From: Candidatus Poribacteria bacterium | Lineage (GTDB): Bacteria; Poribacteria; WGA-4E; WGA-3G | Assembly: GCA_958295815.1 (NCBI GenBank) | Contig: OY282374.1 | Coordinates: forward strand, 2,882,856-2,946,855 | Reading direction: 5' to 3' | Length of the DNA stretch: 64,000 bases | The notes under the pieces: model-generated | Told to the model about the DNA's origin: nothing | Database searches by the model: none | The model's input: the letters and a program-made list of their open reading frames with translations, nothing else | Shown here: positions 59,779 through 64,000 of the stretch, piece by piece | Position numbering within the stretch: position 1 is the stretch's first letter | How the letters are laid out: every line of letters begins with the position of its first letter | Translations under genes and position numbers: made by a program

Positions 59779-60654
59779 ATGTTTGAAAAAGATAGCGTCT
59801 ATCGCCAGAAAGCATGTTTTATCAACAAGCAACGATTTTTCACAATAACCTTCCTCCTTCTCGCATTCTTGATATGGAATGCGCAGCCTGCCGATGCGAT
59901 CATCGGTGCGGTTGAAGATGGCTTAGTTGCCTACTGGACCTTTGACAAGGATACAGTAAAAATTAAAACGGAGGCGGTAGATCTGCTATCAGGATTAGCA
60001 GCTGCCGTCCATGGAGATCCTGAACTTGCCCCCGCTTCCGATTGCAAGGTTGGCGAGTGTGTTCTCTTCGATGGCAGTGTTGATCGGCTTCTTGTTGAGG
60101 ATTCAACACCACCGACAATCGATCGAGATTGGGAAGAGATTACCCTTGAGTGCTGGGTGTTTATCAATGCCTTAGACGATAGTTGGAACCGAATTATTTC
60201 ACTTGATGACATGCCTGCGAACACTGCAGTGGCAAGTCTGTACTACGATGACGATGATAACCAAAACGGCTTTTTTGTCCGTGCTGGCGGACAATCCACA
60301 CAAGCAGCACAGGATAATGTGCTGGAGGACATTGCACTCGAAGAGTGGTTACATCTCGTTGGGACCTATGATGGCTCAACGGTTCACTACTATGTGAATG
60401 GGAAATTAGAGAAAAAGTACGCCATGAAGGGTGGCAAACTTCCGAAGGGCGGGCTGCTTCTCGGCATCGGCGACCGGTCAGATGGCTGCGATTGCGATAC
60501 AATCCAGGGATATATTGATGAATTCCGTATCTATGACCGGGTCCTGAACTTAGCAGAAGTGGAAAATAACATGAATGCCACTGGGCTTGATGTTAGTCCT
60601 TCTGAAGATCATCTGAGTGTTACATGGGGACATATAAAGGCGCGACGGCGATAA
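59779..60654 (+). CDS. Secreted LamG-like jelly-roll protein with C-terminal TWG motif
   Basis: LVAYWTFD, TLECWV, WLHLVGTYDG, GYIDEFRIYDRVL; tail VSPSEDHLSVTWGHIK. Confidence 0.9.
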   Translation: MFEKDSVYRQKACFINKQRFFTITFLLLAFLIWNAQPADAIIGAVEDGLVAYWTFDKDTVKIKTEAVDLLSGLAAAVHGDPELAPASDCKVGECVLFDGSVDRLLVEDSTPPTIDRDWEEITLECWVFINALDDSWNRIISLDDMPANTAVASLYYDDDDNQNGFFVRAGGQSTQAAQDNVLEDIALEEWLHLVGTYDGSTVHYYVNGKLEKKYAMKGGKLPKGGLLLGIGDRSDGCDCDTIQGYIDEFRIYDRVLNLAEVENNMNATGLDVSPSEDHLSVTWGHIKARRR

Positions 60655-60708
60655 AAAAGCAATTCCACAATTGCGTTTGAAAACGTCGGTGTGGACGGAG
60701 ATAAATTT

Positions 60709-61716
60709 ATGGAAACGATTGGAGTTGGCGTTATCGGTTGTGGTGGCATGGGGAGAAGCCTCGCTACCAGTGCGCACGCTGTTGAAGGGATAGAGGTCGT
60801 CTGCGTTAGCGATGTGCAAGAAGCATTGTCAGAAAAACTTGCTGCAGACCTTGATGCATCTTATACATTGGATTACCATGAACTACTCGCCGATGACCAG
60901 ATTCGTGCTGTGCTGATAGCGTCACCACCGTTTATGCACTCGCCGATGGCGGTCGATGCTGCCAACGCAGGCAAACACGTCTTTTCTGAGAAACCGATGG
61001 CACCGACATTGGATGCTTGCGATGCGATGATTGCAGCTGCGGAAGAAAACGGCGTCAAACTCACAATCGGTTTGGTGTGCCGCTATCACGCGACGCACTC
61101 GAAAGTTCGTGAGATTGTGCAGAGCGGTGAACTCGGAGCACCTGCCTGTATGATGGTGCATCGTATTGGTGGACCGTGGCGTAGCGGATATAGTCACACC
61201 CCGTGGCGACTGGAACGTGCGAAATCTGGTGGGAGTCTCATGGAAATTAATGCCCACGAAATCGACTTTATGCGCTGGACATGCGGAGATGTAGCCTCTG
61301 TCTATGCTGCTGGTGGGCAGTATGGACCAGATAAGAGCGACTACCCAGATGTCGTGCTCGCCTCGTTGCAGTTTGAGAACGGTGCAGTCGGTTTGCTCCA
61401 TTCCAGCCATGTTTCCGCAGTTGGTGGATATGGTGGACGCGTTGATTGCGAAGGTGGATCGATTTATTTTCCGCAGATTTGGGGTGGCGATGCGACTATC
61501 CAGATTAAACCTTTTGAAGGCGAAGGACGGCAGATTAAAATAGCAGACATTACGGTGCCACCACCGGTTCAGGAGGAGATTCGCGTTTTCGCTGATGCGA
61601 TTCGTAATGATACATCTCCACCTATTACAGGATTAGACGGCCGCGCCGCAGCCGAAATCGCATTGGCAGCCTACCAATCCGCTGAGACCGGACAATCCGT
61701 TCCATTACCATTATAG
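60709..61716 (+). CDS. Gfo/Idh/MocA-family oxidoreductase
   Basis: GVIGCGGMG, GKHVFSEKPM, GGSLMEINAHEID. Confidence 0.95.
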   Translation: METIGVGVIGCGGMGRSLATSAHAVEGIEVVCVSDVQEALSEKLAADLDASYTLDYHELLADDQIRAVLIASPPFMHSPMAVDAANAGKHVFSEKPMAPTLDACDAMIAAAEENGVKLTIGLVCRYHATHSKVREIVQSGELGAPACMMVHRIGGPWRSGYSHTPWRLERAKSGGSLMEINAHEIDFMRWTCGDVASVYAAGGQYGPDKSDYPDVVLASLQFENGAVGLLHSSHVSAVGGYGGRVDCEGGSIYFPQIWGGDATIQIKPFEGEGRQIKIADITVPPPVQEEIRVFADAIRNDTSPPITGLDGRAAAEIALAAYQSAETGQSVPLPL

Positions 61717-61734
61717 TTGTTAGAAGGAGGAAAG

Positions 61735-62673
61735 ATGAAAATATCAGTCTGGGATGGTGGACTTTCAGATAGCTATCTCAAACAGGTGACACAATTGGGT
61801 GCGGACTGCATTGACTTTGGAGGTGGGAATGCTTTTCCCGGTGTCGAAGAACAGGGCTACCCCGACTTGGATGAAGTGCTGAAAATCAAGAAACGGATAC
61901 GCTCCTGGGGTCTCGACATCAATCGCGTAACACTTCCGAATATCACAGAGAAATTCATGCAGGGGCAGCCCGGTGGCGAAATTGAACTGGAAAACACGTG
62001 TAATGCTCTGAAGGTCTTTGCTGAAGCGGGTGTGCCTATTGCCCGCCAGAGATTCTGGGGAGATACGTTTGATTATCTCATGACTCGCTACTCCTCGGTT
62101 CATAGAGGTGGTTATACCTCTCGTGGGGAAAGCCGTGCTGCGACCCAGGACCCGTCACCCACCCCGACGATGGAAGCACTCGACGAATGGTGGAAACGGT
62201 TCAGTGAAATCTATGGTGCACTTGTTCCTATCGCCGACGAGTACGAGATCAAACTTGCTATCCATCCATCAGATGTACCGAACCCAGACACACCACTGGG
62301 TGGTCTCGGCTTTCACCGTGTGATTGACGCCTTTCCGAGCAGAAATGTTGGCTACCTTTACTGTTGTGGCACCCGTGCTGAAGCAGGGGGCAGTGCTATC
62401 GTCCTTGACGAACTCAACAACTACGGACGCAAAGGACGTATTTTCATGGTTCACCTAAGGAACGTGCGCGGCAGTCTCGCAACAGCCGAGGCATTTGAGG
62501 AAGTTCTCCTTGATGACGGTGACATGAACGTTTTCAAAATCATCCGAGAGCTACAAAAGGTCGGGTTCGATGGATGTATCAATGCCGATCACATTCCGAG
62601 ATTGGAAGGTGATGTTGGCTTAGCCTATTCCGTCGGCTACATCAAGGCACTTTTCGCGGCATTAGTGGCGTAA
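61735..62673 (+). CDS. Mannonate dehydratase (UxuA)-like protein
   Basis: LAIHPSDVP, YCCGT, VHLRNVRG, DDGDMN, ADHIP, AYSVGYIKAL. Confidence 0.85.
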   Translation: MKISVWDGGLSDSYLKQVTQLGADCIDFGGGNAFPGVEEQGYPDLDEVLKIKKRIRSWGLDINRVTLPNITEKFMQGQPGGEIELENTCNALKVFAEAGVPIARQRFWGDTFDYLMTRYSSVHRGGYTSRGESRAATQDPSPTPTMEALDEWWKRFSEIYGALVPIADEYEIKLAIHPSDVPNPDTPLGGLGFHRVIDAFPSRNVGYLYCCGTRAEAGGSAIVLDELNNYGRKGRIFMVHLRNVRGSLATAEAFEEVLLDDGDMNVFKIIRELQKVGFDGCINADHIPRLEGDVGLAYSVGYIKALFAALVA

Positions 62674-62679
62674 CTTCAC

Positions 62680-62773
62680 CCCAAGTTACCACGGAATTCG
62701 GGGTTACAAACCCCTCCCACAATGTCATAATCACTTCAAATGCTTTGTTAAACGTTAGTAGCAACTTGAGTTA
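62680..62773. mobile_element. MITE-like REP-carrying element with imperfect terminal inverted repeats
   Basis: CCCAAGTTACCAC ... GTAGCAACTTGAG (10/13 match). Confidence 0.7.
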
Positions 62774-62781
62774 ACTTTAAT

Positions 62782-63798
62782 GTGCATGTGTACACAATAG
62801 AACCTCTTACCTCTCAGAATCAGGACGAGTGGGATGCTGTTATCCGGCAATGTCCATATACGACTGCCTTCCAAAGCCTTGCGTGGCGAGATGCATTAGC
62901 AGGTGCCTTCAGACAACTCATCCCGGTCTACCTGCTTATCAAGCAAGAGAATTCGGTGATAGGTGGACTGCCAGCGTTCGTATTTCAACCGATACCGACT
63001 ATCCGACTATGGCAGTCAATGCCGTGGAACCTGTTCGGTGGTATCCATCTTACGGATTCAGTAGATGTGAACCCTGAAACAGTGGTAAAGTCGATCGAGA
63101 CAACAGCAGTGGAGAAGGGTTGGTGCGAGATCCGTTGGACATTGACACCAGAGCATACCGAAACTTACGGTGATTTTTTCACTAAAACAGGCTATGAACG
63201 CACAGACCATTTCACACACCTTTTGAAAACGGATGAGGACGTTGATACGCTCTGGCACGCCTATAACAAGCGGGTGCGGGGAGCCGTCCGAAAGGCACAG
63301 AAATCAGGTGTGGAGGTAACGGATACTAATAGTGAAGCGGCGTTCTCCACATTCTACGACATGTATCTCATGACCGTAAAACGGTTGGGAGGTACACCGA
63401 AGCCGCGTGCACTCATGCAGACTCTTCTACAGCAAAAAATAGCCAAACTTGCTATTGCTACGTATCGTGGCACTATCATCGCAGGACTGCTCTATTTGTG
63501 CTTTAACCGAACTGTGACGTTGTGGTGTGAGGCATCTGTGCCAGCATTCTTGAAATATCGCCCTAACAATGCGATTTTCCATCATATCATCACACAAGCG
63601 TGCCATGAAAAATATGAATGGGTGGATTTTGGTGCCTCACCATCAGAGAACACAGGACTCATTGCGCACAAGGAGCAGTACCGCGCTGTTCGGGCAGATT
63701 TCTCCAGTTACACAAAGGTCGTTTCACCACTGAAAAGGAATCTGTGGACGCAAAGTGAGGGAGTGCTTCGACAAATTTATACATGGATGCAGTGGTAG
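62782..63798 (+). CDS. FemAB-like / GNAT acyltransferase
   Basis: FQSLAW, RGAVRKAQKSGV, YRPNNAI, DFGAS, LIAHKEQY. Confidence 0.85.
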   Translation: MHVYTIEPLTSQNQDEWDAVIRQCPYTTAFQSLAWRDALAGAFRQLIPVYLLIKQENSVIGGLPAFVFQPIPTIRLWQSMPWNLFGGIHLTDSVDVNPETVVKSIETTAVEKGWCEIRWTLTPEHTETYGDFFTKTGYERTDHFTHLLKTDEDVDTLWHAYNKRVRGAVRKAQKSGVEVTDTNSEAAFSTFYDMYLMTVKRLGGTPKPRALMQTLLQQKIAKLAIATYRGTIIAGLLYLCFNRTVTLWCEASVPAFLKYRPNNAIFHHIITQACHEKYEWVDFGASPSENTGLIAHKEQYRAVRADFSSYTKVVSPLKRNLWTQSEGVLRQIYTWMQW

Positions 63799-63907
63799 GA
63801 ATAGCGGTCAGCAGACAGCAGTCAGCAATCAGTGGAGAAATCAATCATTGAAAGTGAGCGTATCGAATCATCTACACCCCACAGCCAATTGAAAAATAGG
63901 ACAATTG

Positions 63908-64000
63908 ATGGAAACTATTCGTAAGCCTAATTTAATCTTTGTTTTCGGCGATCAGCACCGGCAGTGTGATGTCGGATGTGCAGGAAATCCTCAAGTGCAG
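63908..64000 (+). CDS. Sulfatase N-terminus (runs off the window edge)
   Basis: METIRKPNLIFVFGDQHRQCDVGCAGNPQVQ. Confidence 0.75.
   Translation, partial: METIRKPNLIFVFGDQHRQCDVGCAGNPQVQ

Overview
Gene-dense bacterial chromosome segment that looks like a sponge-type Candidatus Poribacteria genome. That assignment is inferred from hallmark protein tails (LLANYPNPFNPETWIPY...RKMLILK, VxPxGKLxxTWGxLK, and a DVNGDGxINILDLV dockerin-like repeat), not from a marker gene. The left part (1-25 kb, mostly minus strand) encodes a secreted DNase I-like nuclease, an SPFH protein, a Tat-signal TIM-barrel protein, a VWA/DUF4159/DUF4175 trio, an orphan His-tailed groEL, a small repeat-flanked accessory island (HigA-like chimera and HsdR_N nuclease), a Kelch protein, rqcH, a PorV-like protein, a cadherin protein with a T9SS-like C-terminal domain, and an IS630 remnant. 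The middle (25.5-48.3 kb, plus strand) is a long envelope/translation cluster: lnt, frameshifted prfB, lysS, two tandem GNATs, lolE/lolD-like, ilvE, bamA-skp-lpxD, a decayed UbiA gene, a DGGGP-synthase-like UbiA, a SpoU methylase, a group II GGGP synthase, then grpE-dnaJ-prmA. The right part holds a mini di-heme cytochrome, a tandem-PurS protein, an AT-rich island with a PIN-like gene and a putative toxin/immunity pair, and sugar-catabolism genes. Main highlight: archaeal-type ether-lipid enzymes (GGGPS + DGGGPS) embedded in the outer-membrane biogenesis cluster. Other highlights: an unnamed C-terminal TWG motif shared by unrelated secreted proteins; a candidate new toxin-antitoxin pair; several GTAG-type REP families that all face the same way and show stem covariation; and a repeat-spacer-repeat whose spacer copies the neighbouring gene. 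No rRNA, tRNA, CRISPR array or cas gene was recognised.
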